Assembly (NCBI GenBank): GCA_964560425.1
Contig: CAZLLE010000103.1
Coordinates: forward strand, 21,025-85,024
DNA: 64,000 nt
DNA from: an uncultured Campylobacterales bacterium
Lineage (GTDB): Bacteria > Campylobacterota > Campylobacteria > Campylobacterales > QNZT01
Reading direction: 5' to 3'
Shown here piece after piece: positions 16,952-26,624 of this stretch. Numbering within the stretch: position 1 is the first letter of the stretch; each line of letters begins with the position of its first letter. The translations under genes were made by a program, and so were the position numbers. The notes beneath the pieces are model-generated. The model made no database searches. It had not been told where the DNA came from and saw nothing but the letters and a program-made list of their open reading frames with translations.

Positions 16952-18570
16952 GACGCAACTCCTATAAATAGTAATATTGTAAAAAATAGTATAATGACTA
17001 AACCAACATGGGAGCTACTCAAACTATAAAATCTTCTTACTATCATTGAAATATCTTGTGTAACATTCACAACTCTCTGCCAAATAGCACTTGAACTATT
17101 TTTTAAGATAACTTTAATAAAACTAATTCTCTTTAACTCTTCTCCTATTCCATAACCATAATGAAGATTGATATCTTTATCAGGCACTTCACCACAATAA
17201 CTAATATCAAATCTATCTCTTACATTTACCACTCTATTTTTCATAGATATTACCATGGCTAAAACAACTACAAATACCACACCAAAAATAGCCATAAGAG
17301 CTCCACCATTAAATGAAGCAAATGATGAATTTAATTCAAATAAAGAGCTATAAGAGGTCGTATCTAATCCTAAGGAAGACAAAATTGGATTAAATTCTAA
17401 TGTACCTAGAGATGGTAAAATACCAAGAACAATTAAAATTGTTGCCCCTACAAATTGTGGAATATAAAATCCCAATGGAATTTTTCTATACTTATCTTTT
17501 ATCTGTGTTGGTTGCCCCAAATAGATACCATATATCAATTTATAACAATACAAAAACGCAGATGCAGAACTAAACATCACAGCAGCCAAAAGTAGACCTT
17601 TTTTTTCTTCAAGCAGTGTAGTATATATCAAAAACTTACTATTAAATCCACCAAGAGGAGGCATACCAGCAAGAGCAATAATACCTATGAGAAGTAATAT
17701 AAAAAGTGTTGGATAGTGATATAATAATCCTCCAAGCTCACTAAATTTTCGTCTACCTGTAATATATATAATTGAGGCAATATTGATAAATAACAAAAGT
17801 TTTACAAATGTATGTATTACAGTATGATAAAGGGCTGCTTCAACTCCACTTCCACTTAAAATTGCCAATGAGGTAACAATATATCCAAGCTGAGCAATTG
17901 ATGAATAAGCTAATAACCTTTTGAGATCATCTTGTGATATCGCTTTAAAAGTAGCAACAATAGAGGTAATAACACCAAACCATGCAACAATATCAAAAAG
18001 TATTTCATCTAATAACTCATATCCAATAATTTTTGTAAAAAATAGAATAAATAGAAAAATTCCAGCTTTGGAGATTATTGCACTCAAAATTGCACTAAAA
18101 ACATGGTTTGCCTCTTCATAAGAGTCTACAACCCAATAATGAAAGGGAACCACACCAGATTTAATAAATATAGTAATCAACAATAAAATAGATATTGGCA
18201 TATATAGATAGTGAGGAATTTTGGAGATATCAATCTCACTATAGATAACACTTTGACTAAAACCATAAATCAAAGCAATAGCAGCCAAAAGAGCAAAACC
18301 AGCAGCCAAATTAAAAATTATATATTTTTGCAAAGTCTTTATATTTGCATTCTTGGAAATTATAAAATAACTACTCCAACTCATAACTTCCCATCCAATA
18401 AAAAGCGTAATCAAATCACTAGCATAAAATATAAAACCAAGTGCAGTTAAAAGCAAAATATGTAATCTAATATCTCTATTTTGATTTTTTACAAAAAACA
18501 GAGATATAAAAACAATTAAACTAAGTCCAAAAAATAGATTTCCTAAGTGTGTCATTTCAAAATTAAACAT
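16948..18570 (-). CDS. Second MrpD/NuoL-M-N family antiporter-like subunit (MbxH' type)
   Basis: GWEVMS, KSGVVPFHYW, LAYSSIAQLGY, AGMPPLGGFNSK. Confidence 0.88.
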   Translation of the reverse strand: MFNFEMTHLGNLFFGLSLIVFISLFFVKNQNRDIRLHILLLTALGFIFYASDLITLFIGWEVMSWSSYFIISKNANIKTLQKYIIFNLAAGFALLAAIALIYGFSQSVIYSEIDISKIPHYLYMPISILLLITIFIKSGVVPFHYWVVDSYEEANHVFSAILSAIISKAGIFLFILFFTKIIGYELLDEILFDIVAWFGVITSIVATFKAISQDDLKRLLAYSSIAQLGYIVTSLAILSGSGVEAALYHTVIHTFVKLLLFINIASIIYITGRRKFSELGGLLYHYPTLFILLLIGIIALAGMPPLGGFNSKFLIYTTLLEEKKGLLLAAVMFSSASAFLYCYKLIYGIYLGQPTQIKDKYRKIPLGFYIPQFVGATILIVLGILPSLGTLEFNPILSSLGLDTTSYSSLFELNSSFASFNGGALMAIFGVVFVVVLAMVISMKNRVVNVRDRFDISYCGEVPDKDINLHYGYGIGEELKRISFIKVILKNSSSAIWQRVVNVTQDISMIVRRFYSLSSSHVGLVIILFFTILLFIGVAS

Positions 18571-19957
18571 TTCCTGCTCCTGCTAATAGTGATGAAGCAA
18601 CATTTTGACAAACACCCAAAAGATCATTAGGGAAAATACCAAAATAGACGATCATAGTCGCTAAAAAGGCTAAAACACTCTTTTTTAGTAGAGGTATTTG
18701 AATCAACTCTTTTTGTGAAGATTGTTGAGTAAGAGCTAAAAGTCTAAAGAAATAGACCGCCTCAACCAATGAAACAATCAAAATAACACCTATCATCATA
18801 TAAGCTTCTAATGAAGCTAAACCTTTTAAAATAGTAAGCTTGGCTATAAATCCACCAAATGGCGGTAAACCAAGAAGAGACAAAAATCCTATAGAGAATA
18901 TTAAGAGCAAAAATATAGATCTAAACTTACCAAAAATATCTACTTTTACACTATTGAATCTATCTTTGAGAATATCAAGAGCAAAAAAGAGCATCACTTT
19001 TGTAATGGAGTGTAAAGCTATCAAAAATATAGCTCCACTAACCACTGTTATATTTCCATATGATAGAGCAATAAATAAAACACCTATTTGTCCCAATGTA
19101 GAGTATGCAAATATTCGTTTCATATCTCTACTACTAAGAGCTGATAATTCAGAAATAGCAAATGATATAGCTCCTATAATTGCAACAAATAGTAAAAACT
19201 TTGGCTCTATTTTTAATGTATATGCAATATGAAAAAATAGAAAGATATAAGCTTTTGAAATAATCGCAGAAAATAGAGCATTGACTCTATTTTGACTAGC
19301 TTGATAAATATCTACTACCCAAAAATTGAGAGGAAAAATTTCGGCTTTGATTCCAAAGCCAATAAACAAAGACAGAAGAATCAAAAACTGAATATTTAAA
19401 TCCATTGAGCCAAATCTTTCACCTATTGTTACTAAGTTTAGAGTTCCAATATTTATATAGATACTCATAATAGCAATAAGAAGAAATATAGAAGCAACAG
19501 AACCAATTATCATATATCTTATTGCTCCACTATAAGCTTGTTTGTCCCTATTGAGCGAAGTAAGAATATAAGCTACAATACTCACTATTTCAAAAAAGAT
19601 ATAGATATTAAATATATCACCACTAAGAACCAATCCTAAAACACCACAAAGCAAAATATTACTCAAAATAAATATATCTTTTCTATTCTCATTTTGCAAA
19701 TTATAAATAGAGAAAATAAGCATAATAGATATAAATAGTATCACAAAAAATGCCGAAGCTTCATCAAATACAAATGAGATACTAAGAGCAGAATCAAAAG
19801 CTATATTTTCAACTAGAGGAGCAGAACTAACAAAACCTATAGCTAAAAATAGCAATAAAAGATTTACACCAATGGATATATATTTAAGATAATTTTTATA
19901 AAAAGGTGTCAAAAATGAAGCCAAAAGAGGAATAACCACAAAATATATTAGACTCAT
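18563..19957 (-). CDS. mnhD: MrpD/MnhD antiporter-like subunit (MbxH type)
   Basis: DIFNIYIFFEI, GIKAEIFPLNFW, AYSTLGQIG, LGLPPFGGFIAK. Confidence 0.88.
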   Translation of the reverse strand: MSLIYFVVIPLLASFLTPFYKNYLKYISIGVNLLLLFLAIGFVSSAPLVENIAFDSALSISFVFDEASAFFVILFISIMLIFSIYNLQNENRKDIFILSNILLCGVLGLVLSGDIFNIYIFFEIVSIVAYILTSLNRDKQAYSGAIRYMIIGSVASIFLLIAIMSIYINIGTLNLVTIGERFGSMDLNIQFLILLSLFIGFGIKAEIFPLNFWVVDIYQASQNRVNALFSAIISKAYIFLFFHIAYTLKIEPKFLLFVAIIGAISFAISELSALSSRDMKRIFAYSTLGQIGVLFIALSYGNITVVSGAIFLIALHSITKVMLFFALDILKDRFNSVKVDIFGKFRSIFLLLIFSIGFLSLLGLPPFGGFIAKLTILKGLASLEAYMMIGVILIVSLVEAVYFFRLLALTQQSSQKELIQIPLLKKSVLAFLATMIVYFGIFPNDLLGVCQNVASSLLAGAGNV

Positions 19958-20340
19958 CTACTCTCTCCTAACTCATCCATCTCATCTATTCTTAAATTAT
20001 TTGTCAATTTAAAATAGTTAATAACAAAAGATAGAGCCAAAGATAAAACAGCAATTGCAATTACAATAGTTGTCAAAATCATAGCTTGAGGCACAGGATC
20101 AACCATGTTTGAGCTAAATTTATCTACCTCTTTTGAAAGAATAGGAGCAACCTTTCCAACTTCAAAGTGCATTCCAATAAAATATATAAATAAACTAGCC
20201 TCTGCAATAGACAAAGAGAGAAATATCTTAAATAGATTTTTCTTACTCAATGCACCAATCAAACCAATAGTTAGAAGCAAAAAGGAACCAATAGTAATAA
20301 CACCATGTAAAAATGGTGTTTGATTAAAACTATCCAACAT
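19954..20340 (-). CDS. mnhC: MrpC/MnhC subunit (MbxG type)
   Basis: KKNLFKIFLSL, DPVPQAMILTTIVI. Confidence 0.92.
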   Translation of the reverse strand: MLDSFNQTPFLHGVITIGSFLLLTIGLIGALSKKNLFKIFLSLSIAEASLFIYFIGMHFEVGKVAPILSKEVDKFSSNMVDPVPQAMILTTIVIAIAVLSLALSFVINYFKLTNNLRIDEMDELGESR

Positions 20341-21040
20341 CTTTAATCCTTATAAAATATTCTACCAAAGCAGTTATTTCAGCAGAGACTTTGATACCTA
20401 CAAATATATATATCAGAGGTATCAATCCACCACTAAAAAGATCACCAACACTACCCAATGGCAAAAAATTACCAAAAAATCTATCAGCCAATAAAACACC
20501 CAAAATACCAACCAAAATAAATCCAGCTCCACTAAAAGATTCACAAAGAGTGATTATTTTGTGATTAAGTCTAAAATCATCATTTTTTGCCAAAAACATC
20601 AATAAAAAACCACTAGCAATAATCACACCACCTTGAAATCCACCTCCAGGGCTTAAGTGCCCATGAATAATAATATAAAAGCCAAAAAGAATAATAAGAG
20701 GAAATAAAACCTCTACACCTATCTTTAAAAGTCTATTTTCATAACTAAAAATATTACTTTTTTTGTTCATATTATCTAGCCCCAAACTAATACCAAAAAT
20801 CGATAAAAACAAAATAGTAACCTCTCCCAAAGTATCAAATCCCCTAAAATAGGTTACTACAGAAGTAACTGCATTTGCACTTTGGGTAGTAGATTCATTT
20901 ATATTCAACAATTCACTTCCCAAACTATTAGTAGTGCTAACATCAAAATTAAGTAAAATTGACAAAAGCAAAATAGTCATTAAAGATATTACAAGTGATA
21001 CAACAATAGTCTCTATCCTAATCTCTTTTTTTAGATTCAT
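20330..21040 (-). CDS. mnhB: MrpB/MnhB subunit
   Basis: NAVTSVVTYFRGFDTLGE, HGHLSPGGGFQGG. Confidence 0.92.
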   Translation of the reverse strand: MNLKKEIRIETIVVSLVISLMTILLLSILLNFDVSTTNSLGSELLNINESTTQSANAVTSVVTYFRGFDTLGEVTILFLSIFGISLGLDNMNKKSNIFSYENRLLKIGVEVLFPLIILFGFYIIIHGHLSPGGGFQGGVIIASGFLLMFLAKNDDFRLNHKIITLCESFSGAGFILVGILGVLLADRFFGNFLPLGSVGDLFSGGLIPLIYIFVGIKVSAEITALVEYFIRIKDVG

Positions 21041-21285
21041 TTTTTTAACTCCCTTCCTCTAATTTGAAGTAAAGTCACCAAAAGAACAACTCCACTAACT
21101 CCCGTACCAATCACCGCTTCAGTCAAAGCAACATCTGGTGCAGAAAATAGAAAAAATAGTATTACACTACCAAGACCAAACCCCATAAACAGAATAACAC
21201 TATGAGATAATTCCCGATTGGCAATAATAAAAATAGAGAGAGTTATCAAAGTAATAAATATAGATATTATAATTAATCCTATCAT
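21037..21285 (-). CDS. DUF4040 / MrpA C-terminal-like small subunit (MbxD type)
   Basis: APDVALTEAVIGTG; three hydrophobic helices. Confidence 0.88.
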   Translation of the reverse strand: MIGLIIISIFITLITLSIFIIANRELSHSVILFMGFGLGSVILFFLFSAPDVALTEAVIGTGVSGVVLLVTLLQIRGRELKK

Positions 21286-21596
21286 ACCTTCTCCTTCAAA
21301 TCATCAATTCCACTCTTATTCAAAAAACCTCTTTTTAGATAACTGCTTCTAGCAAGAATAGAGGATGAAAGAGGATTTGTAATCAGTATAAAAAAGCCCA
21401 ATAAAGATAGTTTAAACCACAAAGATGGTTCCCAACATATAGCACCTACAATCACCAAAAGAGTACCTAGAGTAGAAGCTTTTGTTCCTGCATGCATTCG
21501 AGTAATAGTATCTGGCATTCGTAAAAGTCCTAAAGAACTAATAACCAAAAGTAATGCACCAAGAAATATAAACATAAATCCCAAAAAATCAAACAT
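21282..21596 (-). CDS. mnhG: MrpG/MnhG subunit
   Basis: GLLRMPDTITRMHAGTKASTLG, TNPLSS. Confidence 0.92.
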   Translation of the reverse strand: MFDFLGFMFIFLGALLLVISSLGLLRMPDTITRMHAGTKASTLGTLLVIVGAICWEPSLWFKLSLLGFFILITNPLSSSILARSSYLKRGFLNKSGIDDLKEKV

Positions 21597-21846
21597 TATC
21601 TTCCTTTATTACATTAAAACGAGCAAAAATAATCGTACCAATAAAACCAATGAGTGCAAAAACAAATGCCACATCAAGATATATGCTATCTTTTATAGAG
21701 ACAGACAACAAAACCAAAAGTGATACTGCTATTATTCCCATAGTATCAAAAGCAACAACTCTATCACTCAAATTTGGACCTATTAGAAACCTAATAAATG
21801 CCAAAAATACTGCAAGCAAGATCAAAAAAAACAGAAATTCAACCAT
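21589..21846 (-). CDS. mnhF: MrpF/MnhF subunit
   Basis: RFLIGPNLSDRVVAFD, YLDVAFVFALIGFIGTIIFARF. Confidence 0.92.
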   Translation of the reverse strand: MVEFLFFLILLAVFLAFIRFLIGPNLSDRVVAFDTMGIIAVSLLVLLSVSIKDSIYLDVAFVFALIGFIGTIIFARFNVIKEDNV

Positions 21847-21963
21847 AACAAAACCTTAAAAAAATAGAAGTATAAAATAATGGCGATAATAGTAGCAAAA
21901 ACCACTCCATATCTAGGTAAGTTAAAATAATTAAGATATGATTTATATAAAAAGGGTCAAAAA

Positions 21964-22641
21964 ATGGATGAAAAACTAAATTTAGAATCTTCATGGCTAA
22001 ATGAACTTAAAAATGAATTTAATCAACCATACATAAAACAACTAAAAGATTTTTTACAACAAGAGCAAAAAGTAAAGACAATACTTCCAAAAAAAGAGCT
22101 ATATTTCAATGCCCTCAACTCAACACCACTATCATCACTAAAAGTAGTAATATTAGGACAAGATCCATATCCAAACAAAATATATCCTCATGGACTCTCT
22201 TTTTCTGTACTACCCGAAGTAAACACACTACCTGCATCACTAAAAAATATCTATAAAGAGCTACAAAGTGACTTAAATATAGATAATTCACATACAGGAT
22301 ATCTACAATCTTGGGCAGATCAAGGAGTACTATTATTAAATGCAATATTAAGTGTAGAAGAGGGAAAATCAAACTCTCATAAAGGAAAAGGATGGGAAAA
22401 ACTCACAGACAAAATTATAGAGATAATAGATCAAAAGTGTGAAAATATAGTATTTATATTATGGGGAGGTTACGCACAAAAAAAGGGAAAATCAATTGAT
22501 GCAACAAAACATCTAATAATAAAAAGCCCTCATCCCTCACCCCTTTCAGCATATAGAGGTTTTTTTGGAAGTAGAGTATTTTCAAAAACAAACGATTATT
22601 TGCAAAAGAGTGGTAAAAAACCTATCAATTGGCAACTTTAG
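21964..22641 (+). CDS. ung: Uracil-DNA glycosylase, family 1
   Basis: ILGQDPY, GLSFSV, QGVLLLN, HPSPLSA. Confidence 0.96.
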   Translation: MDEKLNLESSWLNELKNEFNQPYIKQLKDFLQQEQKVKTILPKKELYFNALNSTPLSSLKVVILGQDPYPNKIYPHGLSFSVLPEVNTLPASLKNIYKELQSDLNIDNSHTGYLQSWADQGVLLLNAILSVEEGKSNSHKGKGWEKLTDKIIEIIDQKCENIVFILWGGYAQKKGKSIDATKHLIIKSPHPSPLSAYRGFFGSRVFSKTNDYLQKSGKKPINWQL

Positions 22642-22708
22642 CCATATAATCATAAGCACTAATCTATTAAAATGCTACAAAAATCTCAAAATTAAAGGGT
22701 TTAATAAG

Positions 22709-24952
22709 ATGAGTAAGAGCAAAGATTTTTTACGAAGAATAGTTGAAGAAGATTTAAGTTCAGGCAAATACAAAGAGCCTGTTACAAGGTTTCCTCCTGA
22801 ACCAAACGGGTTTCCACATATCGGACATGCCAAATCCATTAGTATCAATTTTGGTATCGCCAAGGATTATCAGGGACATTGTAACCTTAGAATGGATGAT
22901 ACCAATCCAACTACAGAAGATACAAAATATGTTGAGGCTCTCAAAGATGCCGTGAAATGGCTTGGTTTTGAGTGGGGTAATAATATATATCATACTTCTG
23001 ATTACTTTCATAAACTATATGATTACGCAATTCAACTTATTAAAATGGATAAAGCTTATGTTGATAGCTTGAGTGAAGATGAGATACGAGAATATCGTGG
23101 GAGTGTTACAGAGGCTGGGAAAAGAAGCAAATATGCAAAAAGAGGTATTGAAGAAAATTTAGAGCTTTTTGAGAAGATGAAAAATGGTGAGTTCAAAGAG
23201 GGAGAGCATGTATTAAGAGCCAAAATTGATATGAGTTCAGCCAATATGAAAATGCGAGACCCACTTCTGTATCGTATTAGACATGCACACCATTTTAGAG
23301 CAGGAGATGAGTGGTCTATCTACCCAATGTACGATTTTGCTCACTGTTTGTCTGATTATATTGAGGGTATCACTCACTCCATATGTACGCTAGAGTTTGA
23401 AAATAATCGTGATATTTATAATTGGGTATTGGATACTTTAGAACTTGAACCTCCAAGACCCTATCAACATGAATTTGCACGATTGAATATTAACTATACG
23501 GTTATGAGCAAAAGAAAACTTTTAGAGTTAGTTGAAAAAGAGGTAGTGAGTGGTTGGGATGACCCTCGTCTGCCTACCATTGCAGGATATAAGAGAAGAG
23601 GATATACTCCAGAATCTATCTTAAATTTTTGCGACCAAATAGGTATTGCAAAAGCAAACTCAACAGTTGATGTTTCACAGCTTGAATTTTGTATTAGAGA
23701 TGATCTAAATAAAAAAGTACCACGAGTAATGTGTGTACTTAATCCTCTAAAAGTCACTATCGAAAATTATAATGCTAATGAAGAGATTGACGCTTCATAC
23801 TATCCTCATGATGTACCCAAAGAGGGATCAAGAAAACTACCTTTCTCTAAAGAGATTTATATAAATAGAGATGATTTTATAGAGAATCCACCAAAAGGTT
23901 ACTTTCGTCTCACTCCCAAACAACCAGTAAGACTTAAATATGCATATATCATCACTTGTGAGGAAGTTATTAAAGATACTAATGGAAATATCATCGAGAT
24001 AAAAGCCAAATATCATGCCAATTCTAAAAGTGGATCAGATACCAGTGGTATCAAAGTCAAAAGTGCTATCCAATGGGTAGATGCCTCATTTGCAAAAAAA
24101 GTTGAAGTAAGACTCTATGATAGACTCTTCAAAGAGGAATTTCCCCAAGGTATAGAAGATATAAACCCAAATTCTCTAAAAATCATTAAAAATGCTCTTA
24201 TTGAACCTTCTGTTATAACAGATAGACCTGATGTAAGATTTCAGTTTGAGAGAGAAGGATATTTTTATGCTGATCCTATAGACTACAAAGATGAAACACC
24301 AGTATTCAATAAAATTGTATCTCTCAAAGACTCGTGGGCTAAAAAGAAAAAAATAGAACCTAAACCTCAAACAAAAAAAGTACATATAGATGGAGAAGTA
24401 ACACCTATGAGTGAAGAGGAGCAGATACTTTTTGACAAATATACCAATAAACTTAAACTAAACAGCGAAGTAGCCAATACACTAGCTAGAGATAAAAAAT
24501 TATCTAAATTTTATGAAGAGACACTACTTCTATTTAATAGCCCTATAAGCATTGCTAACATTGTTGCAAATGAAGTAGCTAGAGAGTTAAAGCAAAAAGA
24601 GATAAGTGAGCTAAAATTTAGTGCTAAACAGATAGCTGAGCTTGTTAAAATGGTTGATGATGAGATAATTTCAAGTAAAATTGCCAAACAGGTATTTGAG
24701 CAGATGAGCAAAAATGGGGAAAACCCAGCTAAAATAGTTGAATCTAAAGGACTCATACAGATAAGTGATCCTTCCAAAATTTTGCCTATTATTGATGAAA
24801 TCATTGCAAAATATCCAGAGAATGTAGAGAAATTTAGAGCAGGTAATCGTAAACTTTTAGGCTTCTTTGTAGGTCAAGTATTGAAAAGTACAGGCGGTAA
24901 AGCAAATCCAAAAGTTGTTAATGAACTTGTAGCTAAACAGTTACAGCCATAA
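22709..24952 (+). CDS. glnS: Glutaminyl-tRNA synthetase fused to a C-terminal GatB/Yqey domain
   Basis: ATG 22709 (MSKSKDFLRRIV); RFPPEPNG, HIGH, MSKRK; tail KLLGFFVGQVLKSTGGKANP is GatB/Yqey-like. Confidence 0.93.
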   Translation: MSKSKDFLRRIVEEDLSSGKYKEPVTRFPPEPNGFPHIGHAKSISINFGIAKDYQGHCNLRMDDTNPTTEDTKYVEALKDAVKWLGFEWGNNIYHTSDYFHKLYDYAIQLIKMDKAYVDSLSEDEIREYRGSVTEAGKRSKYAKRGIEENLELFEKMKNGEFKEGEHVLRAKIDMSSANMKMRDPLLYRIRHAHHFRAGDEWSIYPMYDFAHCLSDYIEGITHSICTLEFENNRDIYNWVLDTLELEPPRPYQHEFARLNINYTVMSKRKLLELVEKEVVSGWDDPRLPTIAGYKRRGYTPESILNFCDQIGIAKANSTVDVSQLEFCIRDDLNKKVPRVMCVLNPLKVTIENYNANEEIDASYYPHDVPKEGSRKLPFSKEIYINRDDFIENPPKGYFRLTPKQPVRLKYAYIITCEEVIKDTNGNIIEIKAKYHANSKSGSDTSGIKVKSAIQWVDASFAKKVEVRLYDRLFKEEFPQGIEDINPNSLKIIKNALIEPSVITDRPDVRFQFEREGYFYADPIDYKDETPVFNKIVSLKDSWAKKKKIEPKPQTKKVHIDGEVTPMSEEEQILFDKYTNKLKLNSEVANTLARDKKLSKFYEETLLLFNSPISIANIVANEVARELKQKEISELKFSAKQIAELVKMVDDEIISSKIAKQVFEQMSKNGENPAKIVESKGLIQISDPSKILPIIDEIIAKYPENVEKFRAGNRKLLGFFVGQVLKSTGGKANPKVVNELVAKQLQP

Positions 24953-24983
24953 ATTAATTACTCATTACTTTTATTTAAGTTTT

Positions 24984-24992
24984 TGATATACT
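24984..24992 (+). promoter_or_regulatory. Extended -10 box 6 nt before the mntA ATG (probably leaderless mRNA)
   Basis: TGaTATACT-gtaaaa-ATG; no SD present. Confidence 0.55.
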
Positions 24993-24998
24993 GTAAAA

Positions 24999-25427
24999 AT
25001 GGTAGAGATAGATAAAAAATTACTAAATATATTGTTTAACTACAATTTTATCAATTTTGCCCTCTTATTTGGTTCTTATTCTAATAATACTCAAAAAGAG
25101 TTGAGTGATATTGATGTGGCTATTGGGGTAGATAAAGATATAGATATATTTATGATGGGTGAAATTATCGCTATATTGGAGGAGTGTTTAGGGAAAAGAG
25201 TTGATTTGGTTATTGTAAATGATCTATACAAAGAAAATTCTAAATTAGCCTTTAATATCACAAATAATCACAAACTTATATTTTGTAGGAATACTAAAGA
25301 GTATATAGAGTTCAAAACAAATAGTTTAAAATACTATTTTGATATGCGTTATATGTATGAAATGTTTGATAAAGAGCTCTTAAAAAGGTTGGATAATGGA
25401 ACTTTTGGAAAAACTAAAATCTCTTGA
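24999..25427 (+). CDS. mntA: MntA-type minimal nucleotidyltransferase antitoxin
   Basis: LFGSYSNNTQKELSDIDVA (GS-x10-DxD), RVDLV. Confidence 0.88.
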   Translation: MVEIDKKLLNILFNYNFINFALLFGSYSNNTQKELSDIDVAIGVDKDIDIFMMGEIIAILEECLGKRVDLVIVNDLYKENSKLAFNITNNHKLIFCRNTKEYIEFKTNSLKYYFDMRYMYEMFDKELLKRLDNGTFGKTKIS

Positions 25428-25800
25428 AGAGAATGTAAAAATACTCAAAGAGATTAGAAATAGTGTCACTAAAGAGGAGTTGAAATTAAACAAAAGATAT
25501 GAATGGGAGATAAGATATGGTCTTTTTGAATCCATTCAAATAGTTATAGATATCTCATGTAAAATTTCATCAACTTACAACTTGGGAAATCCTAAAAGTT
25601 ATAAAGAGTGTGTAGAACTTTTGGCAAAACATAAATATATTAGCCAAAAAATGTTACCAAAACTTGTATCTATGATTGGACTTAGAAATTTATTAGTTCA
25701 TGAATATGTGGAGATAGATAATGATAAATTATATCAATTTTTGGATTTTTTGGGCGATTTTATCTCTTTTGTAGATGAAATAAAAGATACAAATATATAG
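25396..25800 (+). CDS. hepT: HepT/DUF86 HEPN RNase toxin
   Basis: GLRNLLVHEY (R-x4-H-x-Y); overlaps the nucleotidyltransferase gene. Confidence 0.88.
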   Translation: MELLEKLKSLEENVKILKEIRNSVTKEELKLNKRYEWEIRYGLFESIQIVIDISCKISSTYNLGNPKSYKECVELLAKHKYISQKMLPKLVSMIGLRNLLVHEYVEIDNDKLYQFLDFLGDFISFVDEIKDTNI

Positions 25801-25806
25801 GGAGAG

Positions 25807-25834
25807 GGGAGTGTAATATATCTATTATACTCCC
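25807..25834. terminator. Hairpin between convergent hepT and cbiH
   Basis: GGGAGTGTAAT-ATATCT-ATTATACTCCC (11-bp stem with one wobble). Confidence 0.6.
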
Positions 25835-25844
25835 AAATAAAATC

Positions 25845-26624
25845 TTATTCTTTCAACTCTCCATCCAATTCATACTTTTTCAAATATCCTCTTGGTGTCA
25901 AAACTAATCCATTTTTTGTCATTCTTGTACTTGAATTACATACGATAATAAGTGTACTCATGGAAACTAACTCATTATCAATATCTTTTGCTACTAGATC
26001 AGAGGAGGAGGTTACTGTGATTTTTTCTGTATCTCTTCCTACATTTGAGGCTACTATTACTATTCTTTCATCTATTTGACTTAAAGAAGATAGAAATTGT
26101 TGGTATGGTTTGATTCTTGATTTTGATTTTGGATTATAAATTCCTATTACAAAATCTGCCTCTAGGGAATTTTTGACTCTTTTATCAATTACGGCTATGT
26201 CAGTTAGACGATCTGATAGGGAGATTACAGCAAAGTCTTGGCTGATTGGAGCTCCTATTCTACTCGCTGCGGCAAAAAATGAGGTTACTCCAGCTATTGA
26301 GATCATCTCTATTTCATCCCAACAATCTTTTTCATCCATAAGTTCTACTACAAGAGTTGCCATAGCAAATACATTTACATCTCCATTTGAGATTAGGGCG
26401 GTGGTTTTTCCAGCTCTTGCATACTCTATAGCTTTATCACATCTCTCTATCTCTTTGGTCATTCCTGATTTATATAGCTCTTTATCTCCGATGAACTCTT
26501 TTAGCTCTTTAGCATATTTGGTGTAGCTAACTATCATCTCTGAATCTGCTAATGCCTCTTTAGCCTCTGTTGTTAGGTATTTTGTGCCACCTGCTCCGCT
26601 TGATACTATGTATAATCTTTTCAT
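25845..26624 (-). CDS. cbiH: Precorrin-3B C17-methyltransferase
   Basis: GMTKEIERC, ISNGDVNVFAMA, DFAVISLSDRLT, IYNPKSK, TPRGY. Confidence 0.9.
   Translation of the reverse strand: MKRLYIVSSGAGGTKYLTTEAKEALADSEMIVSYTKYAKELKEFIGDKELYKSGMTKEIERCDKAIEYARAGKTTALISNGDVNVFAMATLVVELMDEKDCWDEIEMISIAGVTSFFAAASRIGAPISQDFAVISLSDRLTDIAVIDKRVKNSLEADFVIGIYNPKSKSRIKPYQQFLSSLSQIDERIVIVASNVGRDTEKITVTSSSDLVAKDIDNELVSMSTLIIVCNSSTRMTKNGLVLTPRGYLKKYELDGELKE

Noticed and set aside
12962-21846. Ordinary complex I (nuo) or stand-alone Mrp antiporter
   Set aside because: No NuoA/J/K/E/F/G; NuoB lacks tandem Cys; NuoD lacks the quinone-site His/Tyr; a full Mrp set is fused in one operon with the redox subunits.
22565-22708. 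N-terminal extension of GlnRS given by the ORF track
   Set aside because: It overlaps the ung end; the conserved sequence begins at ATG 22709.
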